Assembly: GCA_963737635.1 (NCBI GenBank)
Contig: CAVTTL010000001.1
Coordinates: 1,088,001 to 1,152,000 of the forward strand
From: an uncultured Methanoregulaceae archaeon
GTDB lineage: Archaea > Halobacteriota > Methanomicrobia > Methanomicrobiales > Methanospirillaceae
Length of the DNA: 64,000 nt
Direction of reading: 5' to 3'
Positions 17,573 through 29,363 of this stretch are shown one piece after another; the stretch's first letter is position 1; every line of letters starts with the position of its first letter. A model generated the notes under the pieces. It worked only from the letters and a program-made list of their open reading frames with translations. It did not search any database and was not told the origin of the DNA. A program made the translations under genes and the position numbers.

Positions 17573-20161
17573 TTAATTGATAGTCAAACCCTGCATGACA
17601 GCCGATTCGGGCACGTCAAAAGTCGTGCTCGCTCCTTCGATCTGGTATTTCCCGGTCGCTTTTACATCATAGAGATTACCGGTTGTAGAGTAGGGGACGA
17701 TAAATTCACCGTTGACGCTCTGCTGGCGGTAGGTGAAGTTCCTTCCGGTGTTTGTAACCAGCGGAATGTTGATGATACCGGTGCCCTTTATATGGGCCCC
17801 TTTGACGTATTCGAAAATCTTCACGTACTTAATATCGCTCGTGTTAGTGGTTAGTTCACTGGTTGGCGACTCATGGACGAGACGGTAATGTTGCAGGGCA
17901 GGAATAGCTACGGTCGGGTGGTCGATGGATGAACTGAGTACGGTGGCATGATAACCGGCTTGAGGATTCAGGTTGTATTGTGCGGCCCGGGCTGTCGCGG
18001 CAGATACGTTCATTACGGCAGCATTGGTCATAACAGGATACGGGTATTGCGTGACGCTCTCATCTGCATACTCCACATAGTATGCATCAGTTGGCGTAGC
18101 CATGGATCCATCAAAGTTATGGAGTCGTGAGATCATTGTCTCGTAGTACGCGTCTTCGTTGAGAAGAACAGGTTGGTAACCGCTGGACGCAGTCTGTCCG
18201 GGTACGAGCATGGTCATTTGGTATGGTGCGGCCGCAGCCGTTGCATTGAACCAGGTTGCCATAGCCCAGAATTTCCCGGTATCCATTTCGATATCGGTAA
18301 TTACGAATCTGGTTCCGTCATGATCAAGGATAGTGTCGGCCGTGGGTTCGTCAGTTGCCATAAAATAAGCGGCAGCTCCATTAGATCCGCTGACTCCTGC
18401 CTGGAACGGGTTGGCGTTTGGAATGCGTTTTGCAATATACGTGATCATATGGCCGTAGTCCCACCAGGACATGACCCCGTAAGAGGTATTGGGATAGGTA
18501 AACGTGTTCCTGTTGTAGATGGTATAATAATCGACCCCAGGATCAGGTGTATTGTTTTCCATCCAGATCAGGGAATCCTTCCAGTCCTGGTTCATAAGGA
18601 GGGGGCTACCGGAGGCATTGAAGTAACTGTACGTTACAGAGGTATAGGCAAAAAGAATGCCAAGACCTGCTACGATGAAGACCAGTGCAATAATAGAGAA
18701 TCGGGGATGAGCCGATCCCAGGTCTTTTTTCTGCTGTATTTTTTGTTTTTTCTTCTTTGCCGGTGACTCGTCAGGATGATCGGGTTCGTTTCTAGTACTA
18801 TTGGTGCCGATCCCTAGAAGGCGGGTAATATCTCCCTTGCCCCATTCATAGACAAAACTCACGCAGATAGCCGAGAGCAATACGACATTAACGGCCAAGT
18901 AGTATTCGTACCTGATGTGTTGGCAGGTCGAGTAGAAAATGACAGCCGACCATACCAGCGTGAAGATTTCATGGGGGCGGTCCTCCTGAAAGACACTATA
19001 GAGGATAACCAGTATCCCGCCTACCATAAGAATAAGCCCATAGTTGAACGTTGCCCAGGCGGCTGCTATGGACCAGCCTCGGGCTTCCTCGACAGTATTG
19101 GTCACCGGTGCCTGTCCGAAAAACTCGACGGCAGCGCTGATAAGCTGATTGAAGAATTGTGGTGCTGCTACGTACAGAACTGCGGCACCGATAAGTGCGA
19201 GACCGATGAGCGATAAGGGATAATAATATTTTGGTTTTCCTTTGAGATACCGGGCCAACGAGTACAGCACTGCGGTTCCCGCTATAATCGCAAGATAAGC
19301 ATAGACATGCCCCACAGAATAGGTTGCAAGATCAAGACTGGAGTTTTTAAATCCGAAGAGAAGAAGTCCGATGATTGCTACAGCAAAAATGATGGTATTT
19401 GCTACGAGAAGGTATTCACTTGGCTTGTTACGATAAACACAGACGATAAACTGGATAACCGTAAATATGACAACCATGAGGGCAAATACGATCATCGTCG
19501 GCATCAAAAGAAGGCCCAGCATGTATGCAACACCGGCGAAAATTGACAAGAGTGCTAGTCCCTTCCATGTTGCAAAGCTTTTCAGATCAATCTTAGTGTC
19601 TTTCTGCGAGATGAGGATGTACAAATATAAAAGACAGAACAAGGTCGAAAAGAGCACTTCCCCGATATGGTGATCGAAGTATCCGTACAGGGACCGGTAG
19701 AAAAACTGTCCTGAAACAATCGAGGTAAATCCTGCAGCAAGGAGTCCGGTTTTCCAGTCACCGCAGATCTTCCCGACGAAGTACATAAGGACAACGACCA
19801 CTCCTGCCATGGCGACGGGTACAAGCAGGCAGACGCTGATAATTTCTGGGCGTGTTACGGCACCGGCAATCCAGCAGGCAAATCCGGAGATATAGATAAA
19901 GAGGGGGCCCCAGTAGACCGTGCTTCCGACAGGATACTGGGTCATCGGGTCAAACCAGGTATACGTAAAGTGGTTTGCGAGCAGTTGTTCAACCTGACGC
20001 AGGTTATAGAGTGGGTCGTCACTGCCCACCATTGAGAGAATATCTGTATGGCCCATGGATAGCATGGGCAGCAGGCGGATCCAGACTGCAAAGACTACAA
20101 AAAAAGCCACAAGCCCCGCAATTATCCAGTTCCGGCGGTTTTTCAAATCGAGCTGTACCAT
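17573..20161 (-). CDS. aglB: Oligosaccharyltransferase AglB (STT3)
   Basis: Many TM helices, DDPLY, DHH, TVEE, WWDYGH, NPFQ. Confidence 0.96.
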   Translation of the reverse strand: MVQLDLKNRRNWIIAGLVAFFVVFAVWIRLLPMLSMGHTDILSMVGSDDPLYNLRQVEQLLANHFTYTWFDPMTQYPVGSTVYWGPLFIYISGFACWIAGAVTRPEIISVCLLVPVAMAGVVVVLMYFVGKICGDWKTGLLAAGFTSIVSGQFFYRSLYGYFDHHIGEVLFSTLFCLLYLYILISQKDTKIDLKSFATWKGLALLSIFAGVAYMLGLLLMPTMIVFALMVVIFTVIQFIVCVYRNKPSEYLLVANTIIFAVAIIGLLLFGFKNSSLDLATYSVGHVYAYLAIIAGTAVLYSLARYLKGKPKYYYPLSLIGLALIGAAVLYVAAPQFFNQLISAAVEFFGQAPVTNTVEEARGWSIAAAWATFNYGLILMVGGILVILYSVFQEDRPHEIFTLVWSAVIFYSTCQHIRYEYYLAVNVVLLSAICVSFVYEWGKGDITRLLGIGTNSTRNEPDHPDESPAKKKKQKIQQKKDLGSAHPRFSIIALVFIVAGLGILFAYTSVTYSYFNASGSPLLMNQDWKDSLIWMENNTPDPGVDYYTIYNRNTFTYPNTSYGVMSWWDYGHMITYIAKRIPNANPFQAGVSGSNGAAAYFMATDEPTADTILDHDGTRFVITDIEMDTGKFWAMATWFNATAAAAPYQMTMLVPGQTASSGYQPVLLNEDAYYETMISRLHNFDGSMATPTDAYYVEYADESVTQYPYPVMTNAAVMNVSAATARAAQYNLNPQAGYHATVLSSSIDHPTVAIPALQHYRLVHESPTSELTTNTSDIKYVKIFEYVKGAHIKGTGIINIPLVTNTGRNFTYRQQSVNGEFIVPYSTTGNLYDVKATGKYQIEGASTTFDVPESAVMQGLTIN

Positions 20162-20225
20162 TAATATCTCCTTTCAGGGTACAAGGTCGTTTTTTGGGGC
20201 ATTAATAATTTGGATGCCCCTTCAA

Positions 20226-21356
20226 TCAAAGGCTTGAGAATACGGATTCAAACTGGCGGGCCTTCTCTTTCCAGCTGTAATTTCCAAGGTCAATATGAAC
20301 GGTTACCGGTTTTTCCATCAGCGTTTTGACCTGGCTCACAAATTCATCCTGTGTCCTGTAAACGAAAAGGTTCGGGCCCCCGATGCGGGCAACATCCGGG
20401 ATCGGACGCATTACGATTGGTTTCCCGCAGGCTGAGTATTCAAAGAACTTGTTGGGGAGGGCAATATCCACCCACTGCGGAGGTGAAAGGGGGATCGTAC
20501 AGACATCCATGCAGGCAATGTACCTTGGTAATTCCGCGTAAGGTTTTGTACCGGTGAAGATAACCTGCCGGGAAACGCCGAGTGATTCGGCAAGCTGCCG
20601 GAGTTCTTTTTCGTAATCCGTAAAAAGCGATCCTCCGACAACAAGGAGGCGTGTTTTTTCCCGGTGTCGGATCAATGCGGGAAGGGCCCGGATCATTTCG
20701 TCTATCGCATACCAGCGTTCGATGCTTCCCGAAAAACCGATAACAAAATCATCATCCCCGATGCCCAGTTCCCGCCGTGTCTGTGTGCCGTCCTGCGGTA
20801 CGAAAAGTTCTGTATCGACACCGTTTGTGATGAGCCCTGCAGAAAATCCAAGCCCTTTGAGTTTATCCACAAGCGAAGGGGATACGGTGGTGATCCTGTC
20901 GCTCCGGGCAAGATTTCTCCGGGTTATCTCCCAGACACTTCTCCTGACGCATCGGGCGATAACCTGGTTTTTGAGGTAGGCTGCGGCGGAATCCGGGAAC
21001 CAATCCTTGAGATCAAAAACAACCGGTACTCCCTGACTCTTTGCCGCAGAAATGACCGCAGACCCGGCAAGGACTTGGGCCGCGACAACGACATCGATTT
21101 GTTTCTCCTTCAGGATCCTGTTGAAAATATAGTAATGGTACGGGGCGTTAAGCGTATAATGCAGGAGAGGATTTTTAATCGCAAACTGAGTCGCTTCCTC
21201 TACAATGAGCCGGGTGGGCCGGGTCTCGCCCCTGCTGACATGAAAATGTGCCACATGCACTTCATGACGCTTGGCAAGTTCCTCGAAGATATAGTGGTGC
21301 CGTGAAGGGACAGGATGGTGGATATAGTCCTGAGTAGAAACAAGGAGAATCTTCAT
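20226..21356 (-). CDS. Glycosyltransferase family 4
   Basis: NGVDTELF, PNKFFEYSACGKPIV. Confidence 0.9.
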   Translation of the reverse strand: MKILLVSTQDYIHHPVPSRHHYIFEELAKRHEVHVAHFHVSRGETRPTRLIVEEATQFAIKNPLLHYTLNAPYHYYIFNRILKEKQIDVVVAAQVLAGSAVISAAKSQGVPVVFDLKDWFPDSAAAYLKNQVIARCVRRSVWEITRRNLARSDRITTVSPSLVDKLKGLGFSAGLITNGVDTELFVPQDGTQTRRELGIGDDDFVIGFSGSIERWYAIDEMIRALPALIRHREKTRLLVVGGSLFTDYEKELRQLAESLGVSRQVIFTGTKPYAELPRYIACMDVCTIPLSPPQWVDIALPNKFFEYSACGKPIVMRPIPDVARIGGPNLFVYRTQDEFVSQVKTLMEKPVTVHIDLGNYSWKEKARQFESVFSSL

Positions 21357-21408
21357 GAGTACCTCTCGTATTCCGGACTTCCCGGTAGATGATAATTTTC
21401 TCCGCCGT

Positions 21409-22017
21409 TTATTTTCCTGCATCTTTTTTTGCAAGAGCCTGAGGTAGGTCGCGTATCTTTGCCGGTGCACCTACTGCAAGTTTGTGTGCCGGCACATCCC
21501 GGGTCACGATCGCTCCTGCCGCTATAAGGGCCCCTTCTCCGATATGGATGCCGGGGAGAATGGTCGCATTTGCCCCTATTGCTGCATGACTTTCTATTAC
21601 CGGCCCTACAAGCCCGCCAATTCCTGAGGGAGGGTACCGGTCGTTGGTCAGGACAGCATTGGGCCCGATGAATATATGGTCTCCTATTGTAGTATTGGTA
21701 GGGATATAGACCATGCTCTGAAGATTCACGTTATTTCCAAGACAGGAGTTCCCTTCAATAATAACCCCGGTCCCAGCGGAAACATGGCTCCCCATCCGTG
21801 TTTTTTCCCGGATTATGACATTGTGCCCGGTCTGGAACCGATCCCCGATAATAACGTCGCAATAGATAATAGTACCCGACCTGAGCATAGCATCTTTTCC
21901 GAGGGTTACCCCGGCAAATCCGGTTTTTCCAATATACTCCCGCGAGGGAAATCCAAGAGTAACCGGTTCAAATACCTGCAGGCCGGCTCCTGTTTTATTG
22001 ATCCCATATTCGATCAT
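21409..22017 (-). CDS. Hexapeptide-repeat sugar N-acetyltransferase
   Basis: [35 protein letters not shown]. Confidence 0.9.
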   Translation of the reverse strand: MIEYGINKTGAGLQVFEPVTLGFPSREYIGKTGFAGVTLGKDAMLRSGTIIYCDVIIGDRFQTGHNVIIREKTRMGSHVSAGTGVIIEGNSCLGNNVNLQSMVYIPTNTTIGDHIFIGPNAVLTNDRYPPSGIGGLVGPVIESHAAIGANATILPGIHIGEGALIAAGAIVTRDVPAHKLAVGAPAKIRDLPQALAKKDAGK

Positions 22018-23756
22018 TCAACGGTCACACTCTTTGCAAGGTTTCTTGGTTTATCAATATCGCGACCCAGGACCACCGCGGTCCGGTACGCAAGGATCTG
22101 GAGGACTACGAGGCTGGTGAGTACCCAGGTGAAGGGGTGGGTCTTTGGCAGGGGGATAAACAAATCGACAATATCGCGCAGTTCCGGGTCACCTTCACTG
22201 CCGACTGCGATAACTGGTGCCCCACGGGCTTTGATCTCCTTGATATTGGAGACCATTACGCCGTACGTCTCTCCGGGCATACAAATGGCGATAACCGGTG
22301 TTTCCGGTGAAAGGAGGGCAAAAGGTCCGTGTTTTAACTCCCCTGCTGCGTACCCTTCGGCGTGTATATAGGAGATTTCCTTCATTTTGAGGGCGCCCTC
22401 CAGCGCAACAGGATAGAATGGGCCTCTTCCGATATAGAAAATACTCCTGGCATTCCTGCACAGCTCCACCGCACCCGACAGATCCATCAGGAGTACTTCT
22501 TCGATTGCCTGGTGGGCACGCTGGAGTACAGCTTCGTACCTGCCTTCACAGCGTGCATCAACAATCTGCATGAGAACGGCCATCTGGGCTATGAACGATT
22601 TTGTGGCTGCGACACTGATCTCGGGCCCGGCACGCATAAAGAGTGTAGCATCAGCGATCCTGCTCGCCGAACTTCCCAATACATTTGTTATTGCAAGGAT
22701 CTTGCAATTGTGGACCCGTGCCAGCTTAAGTGCAGTCAGCGTGTCCGCAGTCTCTCCCGACTGAGTGATCCCAATCACAAGACCGTTGAGGGGCGGGTGG
22801 AAATACCTGAATTCCGAGGCGACATCCACACGTGCAGGTACCCCACATGACTCTTCAAGCAGATATTTGAAAATAAGACCGGCGTGGTATGATGAGCCGC
22901 AGGCAACAAGGGTCACTGAGGGGAAACGGTAGACGATTGACGGGAGGGTGCTTTTGTCTACTGCCCTCAGCGTGTTGAAGAATGCCTGAGGTTGCTCGTA
23001 GATCTCCTTGACCATGTAATGGGCAAACCCCCCTTTCCGGACTTCTTCGGGTGACCAGTCGATCAGTTCCACCGGCCTGTTCACAATCTGGTTATCATTA
23101 TAAATTTCGACGCTGACTCTTGTCAGGAAAGCGATATCACCATCTTCGAGAAAAACGGCACGCTCCGTGTGGTCCAGCACCGGGGTCATATCTGATGCGG
23201 CGAAATATTCATTGTCACCGACACCCAAAACCAGCGGACTGCCGTTCCGGGCAGCGATCAGACAGTCAGCCCCTGTCGCAATGATGAGCAGTGCGTACGA
23301 ACCCTTGATAAGCGGGAGTATATCCCGGACTGCGGCCAGCAGGTTTGCTGTTTTTGCATACTGCTCCTCGATAAGGTGGGCGACGACTTCTGTATCGGTC
23401 TCCGACCGGAAGACATGACCTCGTGCGGTGAGGGCTTTTTTTAACTCGGCGAAATTTTCGATGATCCCATTGTGAACAACAGCAAGGTGGTTAGTGCAGT
23501 CCGTGTGGGGATGAGCATTGACGTCATTTGGTACACCATGCGTTGCCCAGCGTGTGTGACCAATACCGAGGGTTCCCTGTAACCGGAGAGCACCGGAATA
23601 TTCAGAAATCCGGCCCTTGTGCTTTTCGATCTCAAGATTGCATCCAACGGTGGCAATCCCAAACGAGTCATAACCGCGGTATTCGAGTTTTTTCAGGCCT
23701 TCGAGAATCAGGGGGGCTGCGTGCCTTCTCCCGATGTACCCGACAATCCCGCACAC
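22014..23756 (-). CDS. glmS: Glutamine--fructose-6-phosphate aminotransferase
   Basis: [34 protein letters not shown]. Confidence 0.98.
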   Translation of the reverse strand: MCGIVGYIGRRHAAPLILEGLKKLEYRGYDSFGIATVGCNLEIEKHKGRISEYSGALRLQGTLGIGHTRWATHGVPNDVNAHPHTDCTNHLAVVHNGIIENFAELKKALTARGHVFRSETDTEVVAHLIEEQYAKTANLLAAVRDILPLIKGSYALLIIATGADCLIAARNGSPLVLGVGDNEYFAASDMTPVLDHTERAVFLEDGDIAFLTRVSVEIYNDNQIVNRPVELIDWSPEEVRKGGFAHYMVKEIYEQPQAFFNTLRAVDKSTLPSIVYRFPSVTLVACGSSYHAGLIFKYLLEESCGVPARVDVASEFRYFHPPLNGLVIGITQSGETADTLTALKLARVHNCKILAITNVLGSSASRIADATLFMRAGPEISVAATKSFIAQMAVLMQIVDARCEGRYEAVLQRAHQAIEEVLLMDLSGAVELCRNARSIFYIGRGPFYPVALEGALKMKEISYIHAEGYAAGELKHGPFALLSPETPVIAICMPGETYGVMVSNIKEIKARGAPVIAVGSEGDPELRDIVDLFIPLPKTHPFTWVLTSLVVLQILAYRTAVVLGRDIDKPRNLAKSVTVE

Positions 23757-23757
23757 G

Positions 23758-24912
23758 TTATATCACCAGGGTCCCGTCGGGGATGATACGGGAATTCACG
23801 TCACGGTTCCCTTCGAGGGTGACATTATTGCCGATAATACCGTTCCGGAACCGGCCAAACGGACCGCAGGTGACATTATCGCCGAGAATAGCACCAAACT
23901 GTGACCGGATGGGAGTTCCCTCGATCTCGAGAAAGCCAGCTGCCGTTTCCGTCGATGTATGGTCGGCAAGTATGCAGCGTTCGCCAATAACAGAATCTAC
24001 GATCCGGGAATGTGAGGCTATTGACGTATCATCCATCACGATTGTGTTCCCGATCAGGCTCAGCGGTTCTATTGTAACCCGGGATCCGATACTTGTGTTA
24101 GGAAGAATACAGCAGTTCGGCCCGATTGTGCAATCATTCCCAATGATAACCGGGCCTGAGATAACCGTATTCGGCCCAATAGTTGTTCCTTTCCCGATAT
24201 GGACCGGCCCATGGATTGTGGCGTGTCGGCTGGATATCCCTTCCCGTGTAGCAGGGAGATGCCTGAGAAGGCGCTGGTTGAGCCGTATCAGGTCCCATGG
24301 ATAAATTGCGTCCTGCCAGTCGTCCGCAGTGACGGCATAAAGGCCGGGGCCGCTATCTATCATGCACGCGACGGCTTCGGTTACATCATTTCCCCGGATG
24401 CAGCGGAAAAAGTCCGCAGATAATGAATATATGCCGGTACTTACGAGAAAACTCGGGGCATGATCTGGCTTCTCTACAATACAATTTACCTGACCGTCCC
24501 GTAGGGTGACCACGCCGAAATTGGAGGGGCTCGGATGTTCCTTTACCAGAACTGCGTTTTTGATATCCTTGATCTTTGCCACCGATTGTGTGTCGATATA
24601 ATTGTCCCCAGGAAGGAGAAGGAAATCCCCTTTGATCCGGGACTCTGCCTGCTGGAGTGCGTGGGCCGTTCCGAGCTGTTTTTCCTGAACGACTACTTCA
24701 ATGGGCAGATCGAGCTGGTTGAGGAACCGGGTCACCTGATCCTTACGGTATCCTACGACGACAATGATGTCACGAATACCATTTGTTATAAGTGCATCGA
24801 TAGTATACGCGATAATCGGACGATTCGCCACCGGAATCATCGCTTTTGGCCGGCTCCACGTGAGAGGGCGGACCCGCCTTCCTTCTCCAGCCGCAAGAAT
24901 AACTGCCTGCAT
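23758..24912 (-). CDS. GlmU-like sugar-phosphate nucleotidyltransferase (paralog 2)
   Basis: ILAAGEGRRVRPLT..PK plus left-handed beta-helix repeats. Confidence 0.9.
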   Translation of the reverse strand: MQAVILAAGEGRRVRPLTWSRPKAMIPVANRPIIAYTIDALITNGIRDIIVVVGYRKDQVTRFLNQLDLPIEVVVQEKQLGTAHALQQAESRIKGDFLLLPGDNYIDTQSVAKIKDIKNAVLVKEHPSPSNFGVVTLRDGQVNCIVEKPDHAPSFLVSTGIYSLSADFFRCIRGNDVTEAVACMIDSGPGLYAVTADDWQDAIYPWDLIRLNQRLLRHLPATREGISSRHATIHGPVHIGKGTTIGPNTVISGPVIIGNDCTIGPNCCILPNTSIGSRVTIEPLSLIGNTIVMDDTSIASHSRIVDSVIGERCILADHTSTETAAGFLEIEGTPIRSQFGAILGDNVTCGPFGRFRNGIIGNNVTLEGNRDVNSRIIPDGTLVI

Positions 24913-24920
24913 ACAATAAC

Positions 24921-26121
24921 CTACCGAATAGTTGAGTTCTCGCCAAAATTTCCTTCAATATAAGAGTTGGGTGCAAATTGTGCGTTGCTGCCGATCACCG
25001 ATCCGACGTTGATCGAGCAGTTGATCCCAAAGTTCTGCGTTGTCCCCGATTACGGCACCAAACTTGGTGTGCCGGGTATCCTTTCCTCCGGCCCTGACCG
25101 GGGCATGATCGTGCCTGAGGTTTGCAATCTTCGTTCCCGCGCCGAAGTTACACTCGCTCCCGATGACAGAATCACCGATGTAATTGAAGTGCGGGATCTT
25201 TGTCTTTGGCATCACGATGGAATTTTTAATTTCCGTACAGTGTCCAATGTGACATTCATCTCCTATACTTGTCGCGCCCCGGATATACGTGTGGGGGCCG
25301 ATACGGCAATTATCGCCGATAATGCAGGGACCTTCGATGTATGTTCCAGATTTCACTAGGGTATCCTTTCCAATGATTACCGGACCTGACAGATGTACAC
25401 CCTCCTCAACGGTTCCTGAGTTCATCGAAGAGATCTCTGCAAGAAAAGCTACATTCGCATCGAGCAGATCCCAAGGATACCCCATATCCATCCATGTCGA
25501 AAGGGAAACGGCCATGAGACGTTGATCGTTGATCAGGACGCTGAGGGCATCGGTGAGTTCGAGTTCGCCGCGTGAAGAGGGCCTGACCTGTGAAAGGAGG
25601 TCAAAAATATCCGGGGTAAAAAGGTATGCACCGGCGTTTATAATATTGGATTTGGGATGTTTTGATTTTTCTTCAAGAGCGGTGACCCGTTCGCATTCCA
25701 CGAGGACGGCGCCGAAATCCCCGGGATGATCGGTTGTACTCGTGCCCATACAGGGAGCCGGCATCCGTATCATCCGGACGATATCGGCGCTTGTGAGGAT
25801 CATGTCCCCGTTCATTGCAAGGAACGGGCCGGTGATGAGATCCCGTGCGGAGCGAAGAGCGTCTGCAGTTCCTGCCTGCTGCCGCTGCGGGGCATAAGTG
25901 ATATGAATGCCAAGACGTGCCCCATCCCCAAAATGATTGCGGACTTCACGCTCACCGTATCCGACAACAAATATAAACTCGGTAATGCCGGCATCCCGAG
26001 CCGCGAGTACAAGATGTTCCATCATCGGGCGGTTAGCCACCGGGAGCATCACTTTCGGGCGCCGGGCGGTAAGGGGACGCATGCGTTTTCCTTCACCTGC
26101 TGCCAGCACAACGCACTGCAT
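24921..26121 (-). CDS. glmU: Bifunctional GlmU (frameshift ~25030-25040)
   Basis: LAAGEGKRMRPLT..PK, RGELELTD, PHFNYIGDS, GAGTKIANLRHD; tail FGINCSINVGS lies in another frame. Confidence 0.92.
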
Positions 26122-26143
26122 GAGTACACCTCATCCTGAATAT

Positions 26144-27394
26144 TTAAGCAGTTTTCCCCTGCCGGACACGAGCTCTCGCCTGTTCCAGCAGTGCCTTTGC
26201 GGCCGGGAGAGTAGTCCCTTCGGTAGTGATCCTGATCTTAGGCTCAGTGCCACTGGCCCTTATGAGATACCACCCGTCTTCTCTTGCTACCCGGATCCCG
26301 TCCGTTGGATTAGATGCCCCAAGGCTGGTAACGATTTCTCGTGCCTTCTCGTGCGGGATTGATTCCCTGAGAACGGGATAAGCAGGCATGGCATCCAAAC
26401 GCTCCGCGATGTTGCAGCCCGATGCAATCTCGCAGAAGAGGGCAGCAGCAAATGGACCATCCGGGCAGAGCGAATGGTGAGGGAAGATCCAGGCGCCGCT
26501 TGGCTCGCCCCCGAAATCTCCCCATGAGAGCAACTCCTCGGAGACGAAGGCATCCCCGACCGGCGTGCGATGTACTTCTGCAACCTCTTCGATGATCATA
26601 GAGGCGTCGCTGGTGGTGACCACTTTTTTCGCTCCAAGATGTTCGGCAAAGAGCAGGAGCAGATGATCACCATCGATATACCTGCCCTTGTTGTCAAATG
26701 CCATCATCCGGTCTGCATCGCCATCGTGGACAACTGCGCACGCTGCCCCGGTTTTCTTCACCATTTCGCCCACGTATCCAAGGTTTTCCCTGAGGGGTTC
26801 CGAGGGTCGTGCGAAGTGCCCGGCGGGGTTACAGTTCAGGCAAACGGTTTTTACGCCGATCTCGCCCAAGAGGTCCGGGGTAAGGACAGAGCCGGCACCG
26901 TTCCCGCAATCAATGACAACCGAAAGGCCAGGATCTATGGATACTGCATCGAGGATCGCTTTTTTATGGGGTACAAGAACATCAAAACGAGAGTCTGTAC
27001 CCTGGTGCTGCCAGTCCGCCCAGTGAATCCCTTTGAGACATTCCTCTATCTCTTTCTGCTGGGACCGGGTGAATGAAGAGCCATCCGGGTTAAACAGTTT
27101 GATTCCATTGTACTCCTCGGGATTGTGGGAAGCGGTGATCACACACCCGGCCTTTGCGGTGCGGGCACTATATGCGACTGAGGGTGTGGGGGCAATCCCA
27201 GCGAAACGGGCGTGTCCACTTGCACCTTTTATACCGGCAATTATGGTCATCGCAAGAAGGGGGCTTGTGATCCGGGTATCGGTTCCTATTACGCAGTCGG
27301 GAAATCGTTCTCCCATGATGGCCCCGATGGCGAGTGCGGTTTCCACTAGCGACAGGTCAAACCGCTGACGGATCCCTGAAGATCCAAAAAGCAT
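26144..27394 (-). CDS. glmM: Phosphoglucosamine mutase / phosphohexomutase
   Basis: FGSSGIR, ITASHNP, HDGDADR, RASGTEP. Confidence 0.9.
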   Translation of the reverse strand: MLFGSSGIRQRFDLSLVETALAIGAIMGERFPDCVIGTDTRITSPLLAMTIIAGIKGASGHARFAGIAPTPSVAYSARTAKAGCVITASHNPEEYNGIKLFNPDGSSFTRSQQKEIEECLKGIHWADWQHQGTDSRFDVLVPHKKAILDAVSIDPGLSVVIDCGNGAGSVLTPDLLGEIGVKTVCLNCNPAGHFARPSEPLRENLGYVGEMVKKTGAACAVVHDGDADRMMAFDNKGRYIDGDHLLLLFAEHLGAKKVVTTSDASMIIEEVAEVHRTPVGDAFVSEELLSWGDFGGEPSGAWIFPHHSLCPDGPFAAALFCEIASGCNIAERLDAMPAYPVLRESIPHEKAREIVTSLGASNPTDGIRVAREDGWYLIRASGTEPKIRITTEGTTLPAAKALLEQARARVRQGKTA

Positions 27395-27434
27395 GCATGA
27401 GGATGGGCCTTTTGTATAAAAAGAGTTTTAGCCT

Positions 27435-28073
27435 CTATCGTGAGGGATCCGGGACAAAATCTGGTATCGGAAGGCCGTACGGGCACCAGTGCTCGCTCTG
27501 CTGGAGCCGGCAGACACCCGCTGTCGACGGCCCGAGAAATAAGAACCGTTTACGTTCTTTCCACGTATTCATGAGATCGCCCATCTCCGGGGAAATGATG
27601 CCCTCGTTATTGACAAGGATGGTATCCGCATCGCCAATGTTCGTGGTTAGGGAAATTTCATGCGACCATTCCAGTGCCGGCATGTTCCCGATACAAAATA
27701 CCCGCTTCCCGGTGAGATTTTCCGTCAATTCCTGCAGACAGGCTTTGTGCGATGGCACCGGGCAGGCCCGCCGCACCCGTGAGATAGAGAAAAAAGCGGT
27801 GGCAACATTGATGATAGCGCACGCCGCACCGCGAACATTTGGTTTGTTGAGGGGTGTTCCGAACATGAACGAGATCTTTGTCATTGCACGGATCGGATCA
27901 TCGGTCACAAATTCCGCAGTTCTTCCTCCGAATGATGCAATCATGCAGGCGCCCCGTTCAAACTGGCAGGTCTTCGCGTCGGGATCGACATCGAGACGGA
28001 CGCCGGTTTCTTCACAACCGCTTCTCTCGAGAATCTCCTCGAGCCGGTTGACTGAGTCCGTAATAATATCCAT
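27435..28073 (-). CDS. Hypothetical protein (possibly DUF364-like)
   Basis: Gap-filling ORF coupled to cyclase gene; AIINVAT, FLGPSTAG. Confidence 0.7.
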   Translation of the reverse strand: MDIITDSVNRLEEILERSGCEETGVRLDVDPDAKTCQFERGACMIASFGGRTAEFVTDDPIRAMTKISFMFGTPLNKPNVRGAACAIINVATAFFSISRVRRACPVPSHKACLQELTENLTGKRVFCIGNMPALEWSHEISLTTNIGDADTILVNNEGIISPEMGDLMNTWKERKRFLFLGPSTAGVCRLQQSEHWCPYGLPIPDFVPDPSR

Positions 28074-28687
28074 TATCCCTCGTCTTCTTTTTGTATAAGT
28101 ACGACACGAGCCGGCGCTCCGTCGAGGCCGGCGAGCCGCAATGGTAGGGCGGCCATATCACAGTCCCCTTCGCCAACTTCGGAAAGGTCAAGGAGTTCAA
28201 TGATGATGCAGCCGCACCCGAGGAGTTCCCGGTGAACTGACCCATCGCAGACAAAGGCCTCGATGGAAAAGGAGTCTATACCAAGGCAGAGGGTGCCATG
28301 CGCTCTGAGCAGTTTCGCTGCATTCAGCGTGAGGTGAGGAAAATCCTCCCTGAAATGGGTTTCTTTCGAAAACATCGTTTTTAAGAGGATCCTTTTCGCT
28401 GTTCCAAGCCTGCCCTGTAGGTCTGCTGCCGTAATGGTACTGCCTGTGCCGGTCATGTCCAGCACCCGGCACCGGCCAATGAGATGATCGAGCGGGATGG
28501 TATCGATAGTATCACCGGTTTTTAGGTAATGGACCGGAGCGTCGATATGGGTGCCTGAATGACTGTTCATGCGCAAATCGCTGATCAGGTAGATCCCTGC
28601 ATCCCTCTGGGAAAACTGCGGGGCCGGGTCCCCGGGAAAAGAGACCGTAGAGTCTGAAAGCGGACGCGTAATATCGAGAATTTTCAT
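28073..28687 (-). CDS. Cyclase family metal-dependent hydrolase (kynurenine formamidase-like)
   Basis: HSGTHIDAPVH, GIDSFS, DGAPARV. Confidence 0.92.
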   Translation of the reverse strand: MKILDITRPLSDSTVSFPGDPAPQFSQRDAGIYLISDLRMNSHSGTHIDAPVHYLKTGDTIDTIPLDHLIGRCRVLDMTGTGSTITAADLQGRLGTAKRILLKTMFSKETHFREDFPHLTLNAAKLLRAHGTLCLGIDSFSIEAFVCDGSVHRELLGCGCIIIELLDLSEVGEGDCDMAALPLRLAGLDGAPARVVLIQKEDEG

Positions 28688-28690
28688 CGA

Positions 28691-29347
28691 CTATTCCTCC
28701 TCCCACCCGTACTCTCCTATGAGCGGCACAAAACGGACACCGCCGTACTGAGCTTCCCTGAATTGGTCGCCGTGACGTTCGATCACTATGAGATCCTGAA
28801 CAGATCGGCCTCCCACCGGCGCAACCAGCCTTCCCCCATCTGCGAGCTGGGTTTTGAGCGGGCCCGGTATTGCCGGGGTCGCAGCCGTAACGAGGATCCC
28901 GTTGTACGGGGCTGACGGAGGATAGCCAAGTGTTCCGTCGCCCAAAACGATCTCAACATTTTTTGCACTGACTGCCGCGAGGTTAGCACGTGCGTGTTCT
29001 GCTACTGTCTCGATGCGTTCAATTGTAATTACCTTTCGAACGATCATTGAGAGGATCGCCGCCTGATACCCGCTCCCCGCCCCAATCTCAAGTACAATAT
29101 CTCCGGATGTCGGCCGGAGTAGTTCGGTCATAAGTGCTACGATATATGGCTGCGAAATAGTCTGCCCGCTTCCGATTGGCAGGGGTGCATCCGCATACGC
29201 TTCCCGGTCCCAGGGTGGCGGAATAAAAAGGTGGCGAGGAACCTCCCGCATCGCGGTGAGAACTCCCGGGTCGTGGATGCCCCGTGCCTCGATCTGCTGA
29301 TCCACCATCTTGCGGCGTTCTTCCGATCGAGGGTATTGGAGCGTCAT
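28691..29347 (-). CDS. pcm: Protein-L-isoaspartate O-methyltransferase
   Basis: VPRHLF, GQTISQP, LEIGAGSGY, VRFVPLIG. Confidence 0.96.
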   Translation of the reverse strand: MTLQYPRSEERRKMVDQQIEARGIHDPGVLTAMREVPRHLFIPPPWDREAYADAPLPIGSGQTISQPYIVALMTELLRPTSGDIVLEIGAGSGYQAAILSMIVRKVITIERIETVAEHARANLAAVSAKNVEIVLGDGTLGYPPSAPYNGILVTAATPAIPGPLKTQLADGGRLVAPVGGRSVQDLIVIERHGDQFREAQYGGVRFVPLIGEYGWEEE

Positions 29348-29363
29348 AGACGTGTGGAAAAAC

